A DNA stretch of 64,000 bases, taken from the NCBI GenBank assembly GCA_013265495.1, contig MU058387.1, positions 1,054,001-1,118,000 of the forward strand. The letters are read 5' to 3'. Positions within the stretch are counted from its first letter, which is position 1; every line of letters begins with the position of its first letter. The position numbers and the translations under genes are program-made. This DNA comes from Vicugna vicugna. Lineage: Eukaryota. Shown piece after piece: positions 37,396 to 50,959 of the stretch. Under the pieces are notes generated by a model. That model saw nothing but the letters and a program-made list of their open reading frames with translations. It had not been told where the DNA came from and made no database searches.

Positions 37396-38014
37396 TATCC
37401 TCCCTATGTCTGGAGTTGGGGTTATCCATATCATATTCTGTTTGGAAGGTGCTCTATAAGCATAGTTATGAACCAGTTCAAGCCATCAATCTTACTTGGT
37501 TGCTACCATAACTAATAGTCCTAATGAATCGGAGTTCTGTACCGACATCCCACAGACATACAAATAATTAATAGTGGGAGAGGGAACCTTTAACAGTCAC
37601 AGAATAACTCCTTTCACTTAGCTGTTTGAATGCCGCTTGGAAAAATGTTGCAAAATGATAATCAACTCATCTTAAGGCAATTTATTTGGAATAGAGAAGA
37701 TTTAGAGACATGCATGGGAAAGAGCTCCCGGGGTGAACAGATGCATCACCAAGTATCAGTCATTTGGAAGTGAGTAATCGTCAGCTGTCACTGAGTTGAA
37801 TAGCAGAGTTTCTTATTCAATGCAATGTTGATGTTTACACTGAATTTTAAAGGTGCTCTATTAGTGAAATAAGAGAAAAAGTGACGAGGTTTTTGTACAA
37901 GTTTCTTTAAATTAGTCTCTTATTAAATAATAGATTTTTCCCCCAAACTTAAAACAACCTCAATTTATATATGAGATCTGACAGAATCTTTTTCTGGGAA
38001 ATAAATGGACCAGC

Positions 38015-38190
38015 AGTCATGAGCTTTGAATATTAACAGGATTCTGCTCTTATCATCCATGACCTTGGGCATGTTAATTAAACTCTTAGAATATCAGTTG
38101 CCTCATCTTTAAAATGAGAATTATAAAGGAGATAAACTCTCAAAACAAGTTCTTGCTCAAAGAAGTTGGGGAAAGACAGTGCAATATTTC
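38015..38190 (+). mobile_element. MIR fragment
   Basis: TGACCTTGGGCATGTTAATTAAACTCT...TCAGTTGCCTCATCTTTAAAATGAGAAT. Confidence 0.75.
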
Positions 38191-38301
38191 GATGATTTGC
38201 TGGCTTGGTGATGAAGCAGCTAATTGGAATTTGGAGAGACAGCCACAGTCAGGCAGCATTACAGACCTCAGAAGCACAGGTGCACAATGTAGACTTGAGT
38301 C

Positions 38302-38789
38302 TGTCCTAGGCAGAAGAGTGCCCCTCCCAAAGATGCGCAAGTCCTAATCTCAAGAGTTTGCAAATATGTTACTTTACATGGGACTTCGCAGGTGTGACTA
38401 AGCGAGGACCTCGAGATAAGGAGATCATCTTGGATTATCCAGGTGAGCCCAGTGTAATTGTAGGCATCTTTAAAGTGGAAAAAAGGAGGCAGAAGAAGAA
38501 GTTAGGGTGATGCGATGTAAGGAGGACTCCATCTGCCATTTCTGGCTTTGTAGATGGAGGGAGGAGAACACAAGCATAGAAATGCAGGTGGCATTTGAAG
38601 ATACAAGGAGATAAATTTTCTCTTCTAAAGACTCCAGAAAAGAATGCATACCAGCCATTATCTTGATTCTAGTCCAGTCAGATCGTGTCATACTTCTAAC
38701 CTACAAAACGGTCAATTAATAAATTTGTGAGATATTTTAGCTACTGTGTTTGTGGCAATTTGCTGCAGGAGTAGTAGAAAATTAATACA
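38302..38789 (+). mobile_element. MLT1D-type MaLR solo LTR, near full length
   Basis: TG...TAGGCAGAA...CCCAAAGATG...GTCCTAATC...TATGTTACTTTACATGG...TGGATTATCCAGGTGAGCCCA...TAGAAAATTAATACA. Confidence 0.92.
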
Positions 38790-39104
38790 AAGCCTTACAT
38801 AGTAACCAACACATGAAATCTCTTTAAATGAAGGAAGGTTTAGATTTCTTAGGTGAATAAATGAATGTGTAATGAATAAGTGGATTACTAGGATAAACAC
38901 CAATAGAGAGCTTCCTGAGGAATCTGGTTAAATGGATCAAGGACCTTTCACTGTCATAGTCTTTGTGTATCCTTTGAATACACACTCATGTGTCTCCTTC
39001 TGAGGACAATATCTCACTCTTGAGAGCTCACCGCTCTGCCCATCAACACAAATGTGTGTTCTTAATGCAGATCACACTATAATGCAAATGCCATCCCACA
39101 AGAC

Positions 39105-39245
39105 TGTCTTTCTAGACTGGGAGACGTTGGAAGACAGGACTGTGTCATCTTCATTACCATCTTCCCAATGCCCAGCATAGAACCTGCCTCAAGTAAGAAT
39201 GTAACAGACAGTAGGTGATAGAATGGTTGAAATGAAGGATGGAAA
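39105..39245 (+). mobile_element. L2 3' end
   Basis: CTAGACTG...GACAGGACTGTGTC...CCCAATGCCCAGCATAGAACCTG...TGAAATGAAGGATG. Confidence 0.7.
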
Positions 39246-40059
39246 CCAGGAAATGACTGACAGTTCTGTTTGCTCAGCTCTGAATCAAATGCTTCGGAAA
39301 ATTTATACATTGTTTAGTATTTTGCACACACTAATTTCATCCCCAAGGGAGGAAACATGAGGTCTAACCTAATCACTGCTATCTATGGAAAACCTAGGAT
39401 CTCCTGAACTTGAACAGTCGTCTACATTTGAGCTGACTGGGGTTTTCTGTGATCTGGCTGCCCACAGACTGAAAAGCCCAACCTTCCACTACCACATACG
39501 GAATCACAGATACAATAGAGAATGTGCATCACAGAGCGGAAGGATGAGAGACTCTAACTATTCTTTTGTAGCAATTCTGAAATCCCACTGGAGAAATACT
39601 ATGAATGCCTTTGAACCCAGAAGAGGAGAAATACTTTTCGTGGCCACGGCTCTATCCTCTAGAAGTTCTTTTTCAACTACCATGCTCCATGGCAGTGTCT
39701 GAAGCAGGAATAATACTCTTTTAAGAAATTAAATGACTTTTAAAGTAGCTCTCTGTACATGACAGTTCAGAGAACCAAAGTTTGTTGTAAGTCACAGAAA
39801 TTTTCAATCTGCCCCATGGTTTCTTTGGTAAAATTACTCCTTCAGAAATCTGGTAGGCTTCTAGTATAATTTCAGTTATATATGTTAATAATAGTCATAC
39901 TTAAATTGTTTACACATCTCAAATGTATTTTATTTCTTTGTTTCCTCACTCTTCCATGCCCTAATTTTTAAATTAATTGTAACTACGTTGAAGCTACCAA
40001 GAGTCAGTGGAAACGGCACACAGTTAATCATCTTTTCTGCAAAGCAGCATTTTCCATCT

Positions 40060-42370
40060 CTTGAGCTATAATTTACACACAATTAAGTTTACCAATTGCA
40101 TGTGTACAATTTGATGATATTTACAAAATATGCAATTTTGTAACCATGCCACAGTTATGACATAAAACATTTCTGGCGCAGCAAAAATCTTCCTCATGTA
40201 CGTTTGCAGTACACCTCTACTTCATGCCCAGTCCCAGGCAACCGTTGGTCTGCTTTCTATCAATCACTAGAGATTATTTTATTTTCTCTATAATTTCTTA
40301 TAAAATGCGTCATACAGCATACACTCTTTTGTATCTGGCTTCTTTTAATTAGCCTATGGATTCTGAGATTCTTCCTTGATAGTGTGTGTATTCATTCTAT
40401 TTTCTGCTGAGTAGAATCTCATTATACGATACATCAAAATTTGTTTCTCCATTATCCTCTTGATGGCCATTCGGGTTATTTCCAATTTGTGGGCGTCATA
40501 CTCTAGGCCTATGACCATTTGTGTGCAAATTTTTATTGGAACATGTTTTTTATTCCTTTTCGATAAAGATGAGAGTGATAAGTATGGTATTTGCATGTTT
40601 GACTTCACAAGAAACTGCCAATGTGATTGTATGATTTTCCATTCCCACCAGCAATTTGTGAGTTTCAGTTATTCTTTCCAACATGTGCTATTGTCAGTCT
40701 TTTTAATTTTAGCTCTTCTGGAGAGTGTTCAGTGATTTTATTGCAATGTTTATTTCCTGTTATGATGATTATGTTATACGTCTTTTTATGTGCTTTATAT
40801 ATCTTCTTTTATCTTCTTCTATAAAATGTTTCTTCAAATACTTGGTCCCCTTGCTTTGTCCTACTGAGTTATAGAGTTCTGTGTAAATCGTTTGCAAAAA
40901 AAAAAAGGTCCTTTGTCAAATTTTATATTGCAAATATTTTCTCCCAGTCAGTGACTTGCCTTTAAATTCCCATAAAAGAGTTCTTTGTCGAACGGAAGTT
41001 TTTGATTTAGTTAAGTCCAGTATATCAGTTTTTTTCTCTTGTGGTTTGTGCTGTTTGTGTCCTATCAAAGATGTCACTGCCTTTCCCAAGGCTACAGAGA
41101 TTTTCTCAAGTGATTTCTTCTAGAAACTTAATCGTTTTAGCTCTTATATTTAAGTCAATAATGCACTTTGAATCAACTCTTTGTGCACGGTGAGGGGTAA
41201 ATGTAGTCCATTATTTTGCATATGGACGTCAGTTGTTACTTCCTTACTTTAACAAAATTATGAATAACCTTCTTCCACTGAATAATCTTGGAAACATGTT
41301 GGTTGTCAGTAATATATCTTGATATTGTCTATGTATATGTGTCTATTGTTAGAGTCTTTATTCTGTCCCACGTGTCTATCTTATATGCCAGCACCGCGTT
41401 GTCTTGTTTACTATTATAGTAAGTTGATAGATGTGAAGAAAGCACTCCAACTTGGTTTTTATTTTTAAAATTTGTTTCTGCTATATGGTTTATTTTAATT
41501 TCTACACAAATTTTTAAATAAGTTCGTCGAAACAATTCTACCAAAAGCAAAAGGGAAAAAGAAAGTCTTAGATTTTTAATGAGAATTGCCTTGAGTCTAT
41601 GGATCAATTTTGAGAGAGTGAACATCTTAATACTACTTTGTCTTTCAATCCATGATTATGGTATGTATTTCCACTTCTTTTGGTCTTAAGTTACCTGGGC
41701 AATGTTTTGTAGTTTTCATTTCACACTTCTTGCTTATGTTTAGTTAAGTTTGTCCATCAGTATGCCAATATCTTTGATGCTATCATAAATGATACTGTTT
41801 TTATTTCTAGTTCCAATCCATATTTGTTAGTATATAGATATACAATCATTTTTATTTTGTTCTTAGACCCCGTGACCTTCATATATTCATTAATCAGTTT
41901 TAGTATCTTTGATATTTTCACTATACACAACCTTGTCATATGCAAATAAAGACATTTTTACTTTTTCTTTTCCAATATGTAAGGTTTTCATTTTTTTAGT
42001 TACCTTTTCTTAACTTCAGTATAATGTTGAATAGAAGTCATGAAGGTGTACATCCTTGCTGTGTTCCTGATCATAAGAGGAAAGAAAGCATTCAGTCTCT
42101 TACTATAAAGTATAACGTTAACTATAGATATTTTCGTGAATGTCTTTCATCAATTTTGAGAACTTATCTTTTATTTTTGTTTCTAGATTGTTTTCTAATG
42201 AATATGTGTTGAGTTTTGTAAGAAAATAATTCCACATTTGTTAAGAGGATCCTATGGTCTTTCTTCCTTCCTTCCTTCTTTCTTTCCTCCTTAAACTTTC
42301 TTTAGTTGTCTGGTTGTTTAAGAAAAATAATAATTTGTCCTACATTACTTCATCATTGCTGGAAGGGAAC
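40060..42370 (-). mobile_element. Old L1 (L1MC/L1ME-type): 3' UTR and ORF2 3' half
   Basis: CCCAGGCAACC, TTTTGTATCTGGCTTCTTT, CATTCCCACCAGCAAT, ATTGCAAATATTTTCTCCCAGTC. ORF 41329-41625(-) LSKLIHRLKAILIK resembles L1 ORF2 LPKLIYRFNAIPIK. Confidence 0.9.
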
Positions 42371-42789
42371 TTTCTTCTGGATGGTTGTGTTTTAATATGA
42401 TTTTTGTTATCTAAGTTTTATTTTTCATCATATTACTCCCTGTATGGAGGTCAGAAGCAATTAGCTTTCCCATAGGGAGTGTCTGAATTTCCAGACACTC
42501 TTTCCTATTTCTGCTTGTAAAATGGCCAATTCCCACCTAGATGTGTTTCTTTCTTGTAAGAAAAAAAGATTCAATAGTAGCCAAACGACACTAATACCCT
42601 GATTCTTCTCAATCTCTTGCCCACAGCTGTCAGTACAGTAGACATGTGATCTTCCCTCAGGAAATTGCAGGCAAGAGCTTTACCAAATGGTTGCCATTAT
42701 GTAATATGGATCATCATCTCTTCAGCCTCTGATAACAGTTTTATTATTTCTTATTTCCTGTATGCTAAGCTTTGGCCACATGTTTTAGA

Positions 42790-43030
42790 TTTTTTTTGTT
42801 ACAAAGCATGTCTCTTGAGTTTATCCTTGGCATTGACATCCAGCTGGCAGTGGGAAACCAAAATGAGGGAGAGAAAAGGCATACTAGAACTGATACATCG
42901 ATTTGACTCACATTCTACTGGAGAAAATTAGTCCCATGTCATATCTGTGTACAAGAGGGATTTGTTTAGCTATGCAGTCAGAAAACAGAGAGTAGATTCA
43001 GTGAACTGTTAGCCCATCTTGGGTGCAATG
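42790..43030 (-). mobile_element. MLT1J-like LTR fragment
   Basis: CTCACATTCTACTGGAGAAAATTAGTCCCATG...TTCAGTGAACTGTTAGC. Confidence 0.55.
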
Positions 43031-44249
43031 CTATAACTTCTTTTCCTGAGGAAGTTGCTCTGTGAGTTCACACTGACAAAAATCTTGTAAGAACTCATGA
43101 CCAAGCCCTCCACCATGTGGAGGAAGCTTAATGCCTAAATGTCCGTTCACTAGACACATGCTAGAAAAGAAACCTACACTAAAAGAATTTTAAGACTTTT
43201 CTAAATCTTATCAGCTCAAAAAGTTGCTATTAGATTTGGGAACAGACTGATGCTGTTTGACTGAAAAAGAACATAATTTTATATCAGTCTGAATCCACCA
43301 ACGTGGCTAAAATTCTGGGAGTTTTTGGATTCAGTGTGTTAGCTCAAGCACCTGGAGATAGTAACTAACAATTGTTCGATTATAATTGTTCACTCAGTGG
43401 TGTCTCACACTAAATCTAGTTGAGATGTGAGCATTTTAAAAATAATGCAAGTGAAGTACTCCACATAATGAAGAGACAGTGAAATCATGGAATAAATATG
43501 TCATGGGTGGCCAGCCCATTGACCCACTCCATCCTTCATGAAAACCCAGCAGACCCACAGCTGTGAGAAACACATCAGTGAAGGGAGCAGCAGCACATTT
43601 GAATAGTGATTAGTGGCTGTTTTTGTCAACTGAGATGCTAGTGCATTTATGGTTAAAATGAGTCTATTGTTATTAGGAGAATTGGAAGAATCCTGGAATG
43701 GTTGCACAGAAATAGAGGCACATAAACAGAAGTTACTATGAGAGGTAAAAGGGCTTCCATGGAAATAATGCTCCAGCACACTGGAATATTTAGCAGTTTA
43801 ATTAATCTTTGGAATTCTAGAGCTCAGATATACAAGCAGCCTAATATATGTAATTACAACTAGAACAAAATCTCATAATTTATATAATTGCTACCTTGCT
43901 TTAAGACATCACGATAGTGAATTGCAACCCCTCACCAAATGGTCAAACTTGAGTAACATCACACTTCTAGAGCCATTTGAATGAATAAGTGTGAGTATAG
44001 TTGAAGAAGGATCTTGTGAAGAATATATAATTTTGTGTCAATAATATTCCTCTTGACTGTCTTCAAAGGGACTTGTAACTGTTTGCCCTGGCTAGCTGCA
44101 CACAGAGAAAATAGAATCACCCACGGTATTATGATTTTTTTCATTCATTAGACCTTGGCTCTGAGTTAGCAGTAAAACATGGAGACCAAGCACTTCCTTA
44201 TAGTTTGCTAGTGAAAGATGGAACTAATGAAGAGCTGGTGAAAGTATAA

Positions 44250-45360
44250 TTTCATTCATTCATTATTTTGGTCACTAATTTAACAAATTAGTATTGAATG
44301 CCTAGTATCTCTCTGGCTATGTTTTGTGCCTAGGATACAGAGGTGGGGTGGGAAGAACCAGGAAAAAAGCATTTGCTGACTACTTAGTGAAGAGAAAAAA
44401 AAAAACACCACATGTAGACACAATAACTAAATTATATTGTATTTTAGGAATTTAGGAGTAAATTAAAATAATAGAGAAACATAGAGATACTGGCAATGCT
44501 TTGAGTCAGGAAGGGGGATACAATTTTAACAAGGGTGATCAGGGTAAAAACATCAAGTGAAAAGCTGAAGAATGTGTAGAAGTTATTCATATGGTTTATC
44601 TGCGGATAGAGAGTGACAGGCAGAGGGCTGAGCCAATGCCAAGACTGTAAGATGAGGCCTTCCCTACTGTACTAGGAACAGAATAAAAGCCAAATGGCTG
44701 CGTCAATACAGTTAAGGGAAGACTAGTAGGAGATGAGCTCTGATGAGGCCTAAATTTCTGAATAAGACAGAGAAGCACAGGAGTGGGCTGATGAATCTGA
44801 CCTTAGTTGCCATCGGACACCTCTGGCCGCTCTATCATGCACAGAGTTTGAGGGGTTAAGTGTAGCATCAGGGAAATCGTTGAGGAGGTTATTGCAATTA
44901 GTAAGGCCAGGATGATTGTGGTTTAGACCACAGTGGTGGTAGTGCAAGTGTTGAGAAAGGTTCTGGGTATCTTGAAGGTAAGGTTAATAGCATTTCCTGG
45001 TAAGAAAAAAAGAGAGTAATTAAAGATGATACCAAAGTTTCTGATCTGAACAAATTGTAGGAGGGAGCTGCTATCATCCAAGATGGGAAATCTTAAAGCA
45101 GATTAGAGAAGTTAAATTTGATATGTATTGAATTATGTAAATTATGACTTTCAGTATTGGATACCCAACTGTCTATCTCTATTTATATTTATATATAAGT
45201 TTATGTTTATACATATATATTTATCAATCAATCAATCAATCAATCTGTAATTTAGAAGAGAAATCCAGAGGATAGATTTTATATGAGTTGTGTTCAAAGC
45301 CAGGAAACTGTATGAAATTATAAAGGGAGTGAGTGACTAGCAAAGAGAAGAGGCCCAAAA
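44250..45360 (-). mobile_element. L2 (3' ~1 kb)
   Basis: TTCATTCATTCA...TATTGAATGCCTAG tail; GGAGGTTATTGCAATTAGTAAGGC...GGTTTAGACCACAGTGGTGGTAGTG; AAAGATGATACCAAAGTTT. Confidence 0.85.
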
Positions 45361-45467
45361 GGTACCTGCACCTAGGCTGTTGCAAATTAAGCCTTCCTCT
45401 TTTTTTTTTTTTCTTTTCTTTAGTTCCCATGTATATAAGTGGAAGAGGGATGAGTAACTGGCAAACA

Positions 45468-45511
45468 TCTCTCTCTCTCTCTCTCTGTATATATATATAT
45501 ATATATATATA
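45468..45511. repeat. (CT)n-(TA)n compound microsatellite
   Basis: Read directly. Confidence 0.95.
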
Positions 45512-45539
45512 TTCCATGGATTCACCCATGGAATAAGAA

Positions 45540-46135
45540 CTAGTTTGATAGGAAAGCTAAATGGAAGAGTCTACAAAATGGTCCCTATTCCAAAATCGAT
45601 GAATCAAAAGAAAAATCACATTTAGCCACCCATTATATGGCTATGACGAAAACTTGAACGATGAAGAAGTTACGGCTATGAATAAAATGCTATTTAATGC
45701 TCTAACTTGGCCGATGCAAAAGACTTTGCAAAATGGCAGTGGGTTCACACAAGCTTAACCAGATGGTAATTCCAATTGTGATGCTGATTTTAGATGTTGG
45801 CATAAATGAGTATAAACATCTGCAGTGCCTGATATTGATGTTTTAATAGGTAAATTTAATTTTCTTCCATCTTTATTTCAATAAATAGAAAAAATTGAGA
45901 GAAGTTTCTTATCTCCTTCTTAGGCACCTCCTCTTTGCTATAGCTTTGAAATGAATTCTTTCAACTTGCATTTTAGTCCACAGAGATCTTGATCATCACA
46001 CCAAACCTCACTACTCTGGTGACCTCATTCTTATAAGATGTGTAGAGAAAGGAAAAAGCAGATAGCATAGACACTTTCATAAGACACATACATTATTGAA
46101 GATAGGGGAGGTAAAATTCCATACAGCCAAGAATA
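45540..46135 (+). mobile_element. ERV-L internal pol (reverse transcriptase) relic, frameshifted
   Basis: Translations KAKWK (~45553), FNALTWPMQKT (from 45693), CKMAVGSHKLNQMVIPIVMLILDV and LVHRDLDH (~45973) are colinear with ERV-L RT KAKWK...FNSPIWPVQKT..WRMTVDYRKLNQVVTPIAAAVPDV...LVRRDLD. Confidence 0.8.
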
Positions 46136-46309
46136 TTGCTTGACATAGATAAATTTTTTGAGAGCTAGCTGGATCAATCAATAGATAGATTAGATGTGGC
46201 TTTCTTATAAATAAGTATAAATACTCATGTAGATAAATACTATGCTTATTGCTATAGATAAAAATACAAATAGGACATAGTTTTTTTTTTTCTTTTTTCG
46301 GCTCAGAAC

Positions 46310-47860
46310 TTAGAACCCACAGAATCCCCAGACATGTTCAGATAATATTATAGATATATTTCTTACATTAAAAAAGAAATTCAGCCTGGAATTCAACAGT
46401 GTTGACAGGCACAATCAACAAAAGACAATATCTAGAGATTGATGTAAAAGTTTTGAAACTTTAAAGACAAAAGCATTGTCTTATGAGCTGCCAGTAATAG
46501 AGGAGTAATAAAATATAAAGATAAATAATCTTTAATCTCAATACTAAGCCCACAGGAAAGAAGAATGTGGGGGCATCTAAAAAAAAGATAATTGAATTTA
46601 AATCAATACAGCTTGGCCAAAATGATTTTTCACTTTAAAACAAAAAAGTGAACATATTTCAAGTCTAGGGACAAAACTAATGTCAGCCAATAATCTCTAT
46701 TGCAAAATACAAAACAAGAGACAGTTAAGAACTTAACAATATAAGTTATGGGAAGATAATTGGCTTTAAATGTTAACATTGATTTAGGTTAGTTAAGTAA
46801 AATATATTAGTAAAAATAAGGCTATATAGTGTGACAGCATATAAATTTATTGTTCAAAACATATTTAAGCAAGAAATAATAGCAAAAGATACATAAGGAT
46901 TAGGAAATAGTGTTAAGCTACTTCTTCAATCTTTCATAGTGTGAATTAAAAAATGATGTAGAAAAAATTAGTGAATAAATAAAACAATATAGTTATCAAA
47001 AGTTATTTTAAAATATTTGTTAAAATATTGAGAATTACTATATGATGTACTATAGTGTATTTTAAGAACTATATGGCAAAATAAAATTTGGAAAATAAAA
47101 AACAAATTTGCTCATTGCAAATTTATAACTATTTTCATGTAATGCATGCCCCATCAGCTTCTGGACTTAAGTAATTATTCTAATTCAAGGAAATAAAGAG
47201 TTTAATCTCATTAAATACAAAATAAATTTATAAAAAGAAATAAGAACAATTAAAGGTAAATTTCTAGCACTGCTTATGATTTTATACATACATACATAAC
47301 ACACATAAGCACAAACATATGTGTGTGTATGTACATATATATGTGTTTGTACACATTTGTATGTATGCTTTTATGTATATATACACATGAATATTATATA
47401 TACACATATAACACATGTATGCATATATAAGATTACATATAAATGGCCTTAACTTCTCTATAGAAATATATGGATCACTGACTAGATTCTTAACAATTCT
47501 AAGTTACTTTGTAAGTACAAGTCATAAATAGACTAGAAACAAAAGAATAACTTAGACTTTACCAAGCTTGTGTGGATAACAGATAGGCATCCATTCCTAA
47601 CTGTGGAATCAGATAATACATATATAACAAGAAAAGTTACTTAGAAGAATGAAATAGTACTCTAAAGAATGTCGAATATATAGGAAAAAAATGAAACCAA
47701 AAAAATCATAAGCAATATTTAATGTATATATCTCAAACAATATAGCACTGAGAAGCCTTAAGGGAAATGGCAAGCAAAGCAAATAGAATTACCTCTAGAT
47801 ATAATTGCAATTTCAAATTCCAATTTGAATTAATTTATTTACCTTGATTATTAGATCAAT
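46310..47860 (+). mobile_element. Highly decayed old L1/HAL1 (ORF1 to endonuclease region) with an internal TA/CA low-complexity tract
   Basis: A-rich; AAATGGCCTTAACTTCTCTAT (NGLN.P-like), AATGTATATATCTCAAACAA (N.Y.PN-like). Confidence 0.55.
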
Positions 47861-47934
47861 ATATTAAGAAAATACAATAGAGAGCATGAGTCTGGACTTT
47901 AACAATGTATTGACCAGTTAAGTCATAACAACAT

Positions 47935-48188
47935 TATATTGGGAGATATGTGGCTAGATATAATAAAATAAGTTGGGTTCATAAGTGATTGAACAGCTGA
48001 ACCCAAAAGGCTTTGGTTAATGGATTGAAATCAAAATTTAAGGAAGTTTCAAGAGACATCCCCAGAACATTTTTTTCTTCCCTGTTTAATGCAACAGTTC
48101 AAATAATAAGTTTGAAGATGGCATTCTTATCAAATTGAAGAGCAGTATCAGTTGGATGACAGAATCAGACTCCGAAAAACATTGATTT
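47935..48188 (+). mobile_element. CR1/L3 LINE reverse transcriptase fragment
   Basis: From 47971: SWVHK*LNS*TQKALVNGLKSKFKEVSRDIP, then ILIK and LDDRIRLRKTL, matching CR1 RT WIHNWLNDRTQRVLINGS.S.WREVSSGVPQ...LIKF...LDDRIRIQKDL. Confidence 0.8.
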
Positions 48189-49574
48189 ATTCATTTGCTT
48201 GTTCAACATTATTTAAAAATTGTATTTGATAGAATCACTTCCATAAGATGAGTGAAAATCTACTGATGGATTTTAATAAAATTCCTTATATGTTATTATT
48301 CTTGGGACCAAAAGGTCAAATGTATAATTATAAGGCTTGTAAAAATAACATATAAGTTTATCTGAAAAAAAATGTTATGTGTTGTAATGACAATAAACTC
48401 AATACTGACAGTATCTTTAGGAACCAGGAAATCTACTGTAAGCATAAGATACACTTGAGAGCTAGTGTAGACTGAAGTGGGAAAAAGGATCAGTTTTATG
48501 GACCAATAAATAAATAAAGTCCAAGAATAGTCAAGACATAATAAAATACTGTAAAAGTCACTAAAATAAATTTTAAAAGGCAAATGCCAATGGATTCCAT
48601 GAAGAGTTATTACAGATATTGAAACAATCTGTGTGTTTCATGAGCTGTTCCAAACATATGTGTATATGTGTATATTAGTAGAAAAATAGCCAAAATAGCT
48701 CAGAAAAATGAGAGTTACATACTATTTAAGAATTTATACAGACTAAAGAGAATTCATACATTACATGGAAGTATTACTCAGTGGTTAAGTACTTTTAGTG
48801 AAGAAAGACATATTTAGTATCTATAAATTTTCTGCACCACAAAGTAAAAGAAATGTATTTATGTGTGTTTATATACATACATGCATTTAAAAAGAAATGT
48901 ATATATAAAGAGATATATATATATTTTAAATTCTGCTCTGATCTCCATTCATCTGGCTGGAAGAAACTGACCTCAGCAATGTTTTGGCGGTTTCTCCCCT
49001 TGTAGAGTTGGTGGAGGAGTAAAGATATAACTTGGGAAGAACATTCCGAGAAATGTCTTCTGGGTTTAGTATCCCCTTATCATATTCCCTTTATTATCTG
49101 TGGTTTCACTGCCTCCTTGCCAAGATTGTGCAAGGATTTTTCAATGATTCCCAAAATCTCAGTTTTAATTATCTCAACTATATGTTCTGCCCTATCAAAT
49201 TGCCATCACTCTTAGATACTCTGTGTTGAAGCAGATAATGGATCTGTTCCATTTAATGACGTTCCTCTAAATCCAGTTCTTTATTCCTCTTACTTAGGGA
49301 AAACTTAGACAAACCTTCAGCCCTTCCAATATTGGCACAAATATACCACTTTCTACCCTTAAAATCCTCCATTTCTGGCAATTTAGCAATCATCATTCTA
49401 TAAGCCCACTTTTTTCAAAAAGAGAAAATTACCTTGTGACATTTGCCTTCTCGGTACTTGGAAATTTTTCCTTCAGAATCTGCAACTCTGTAGCTTTTAT
49501 CAACAGATATCTCTAGTTCTAAGATCTTAGAAAAGAGACCCAAAGACTTGACTTGGCAAACGTCTTAGGTGAGT

Positions 49575-50900
49575 AGTGAGTAATCTATTGCAAAGTGATC
49601 TTTAAAAAAGAAAAATAAGAACTCAATATACAAATTCAACCACATGATGATAACCATCAGGAAATTATTAACGTAATATGTCACATAAGATGTATGCATT
49701 TCACAGGTATTATGCTATAATTTGATTGGCATTTGATATCATTCTACATCTGTAACACTGTGAGATATTATAAAAGCCCCTGATATTTCTAAACATGTAG
49801 AAAGCAAAAATATACATTAAGAGAATAAGAAATAATTCTGTTTAATGAGTAAATGCCAGTAATTCCTCTTAAAAACAAGATATAGAAAATTTAGAACATG
49901 ACCCTGCCACTCTTTTGGTATTGGAAATTCATGCAAGATCTATAATAGCAAAAAAATAAAGTATGAAAAATACAACAGGAAACAAAGAATAAAAAAAGCA
50001 CTTTTTGTAGATGATGACTGTGTATGAGAACATCCAAGAAAAATACAAAAATTACTACAGAAAAAATTTTAATTAGTTAACCTGCAGGGTACAAGTAATA
50101 TTCACATAGGAGAATAATGGTGACAATAACAAAGAGATTTATATTTATTACCTGTGACACCTATAACTGATTATAACAAACTTAACTTAAAGCAGCAGAG
50201 ATTTTTTTTCTTTCTGTTCCTGGAAGCCAGATATCCAAAACCAGTATTACAAACCCTAAAGCAAGATGCCAGCAGGGCCCTATTTCCTCCAGCATCTGCA
50301 GGCAGGACTCTACTCCTTGACTCCTGAAGCTGCTGGTGGCTGTTGGCAGGCATTCCTTGGCTTGTAGCTGCATCACTCCAAGTGCCTTTGGTCACATTGG
50401 TTTTTCCTCTCCTGTCTGTGTAGTTAAATTTCCTAATAATTTAAGTCCTCTTAGAATATTTCATAGAACTTGACAAATTGTTAGTACCAATAAATTAGAA
50501 AAGTATATTAATTTAGTCAATAATCAACACATTTTTAATTAATGTTGACAAATTTACTATGCCAGCTTTTAAAATACATGAAAAATTTTAATCACCATTA
50601 AATTTTTGATGTAGTATTAGAAAGAATAAAAAATGTCCAGTGGAAAGAAAGTTAAAAATTGACTATGCAAATTCCAACTATGATCAAAAAGTAAGGCAGA
50701 AAATTAAGTATGTTTTCATGGGGTTGAAATCTGAGTTTAAATATTAATTAATTTATCTCATCCTTCATCCCGTATGTTGAAATAAACTGCAAGGGATATA
50801 CCTATGTAGAATCAACTTGTGAAATTAAAGGAAAAAACTACAATATTTATGGCAAATATGAAGAAGTTTGACCAATAATGAGACAAGGAGAATAGTAAAG
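49575..50900 (+). mobile_element. Decayed L1 ORF2 fragments, interrupted by an MLT1 LTR
   Basis: GGCATTTGATATCATTCTACATC (AFD.I.H), CTTTTTGTAGATGATGAC (LF.DD), GAACTTGACAAATTG. Confidence 0.65.
50160..50435 (-). mobile_element. MLT1C/D/E-type LTR fragment
   Basis: GTTCCTGGAAGCCAGATATCCAAAACCAG...GCTGCTGGTGGCTGTTGGCAGGCATTCCTTGGCTTGTAGCTGCATCACTCCA. Confidence 0.85.
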
Positions 50901-50959
50901 TTATGATGGATGGTTTAAGTATATCCTTCACTGTGTCCCACATAGAATGACTTGACCGA

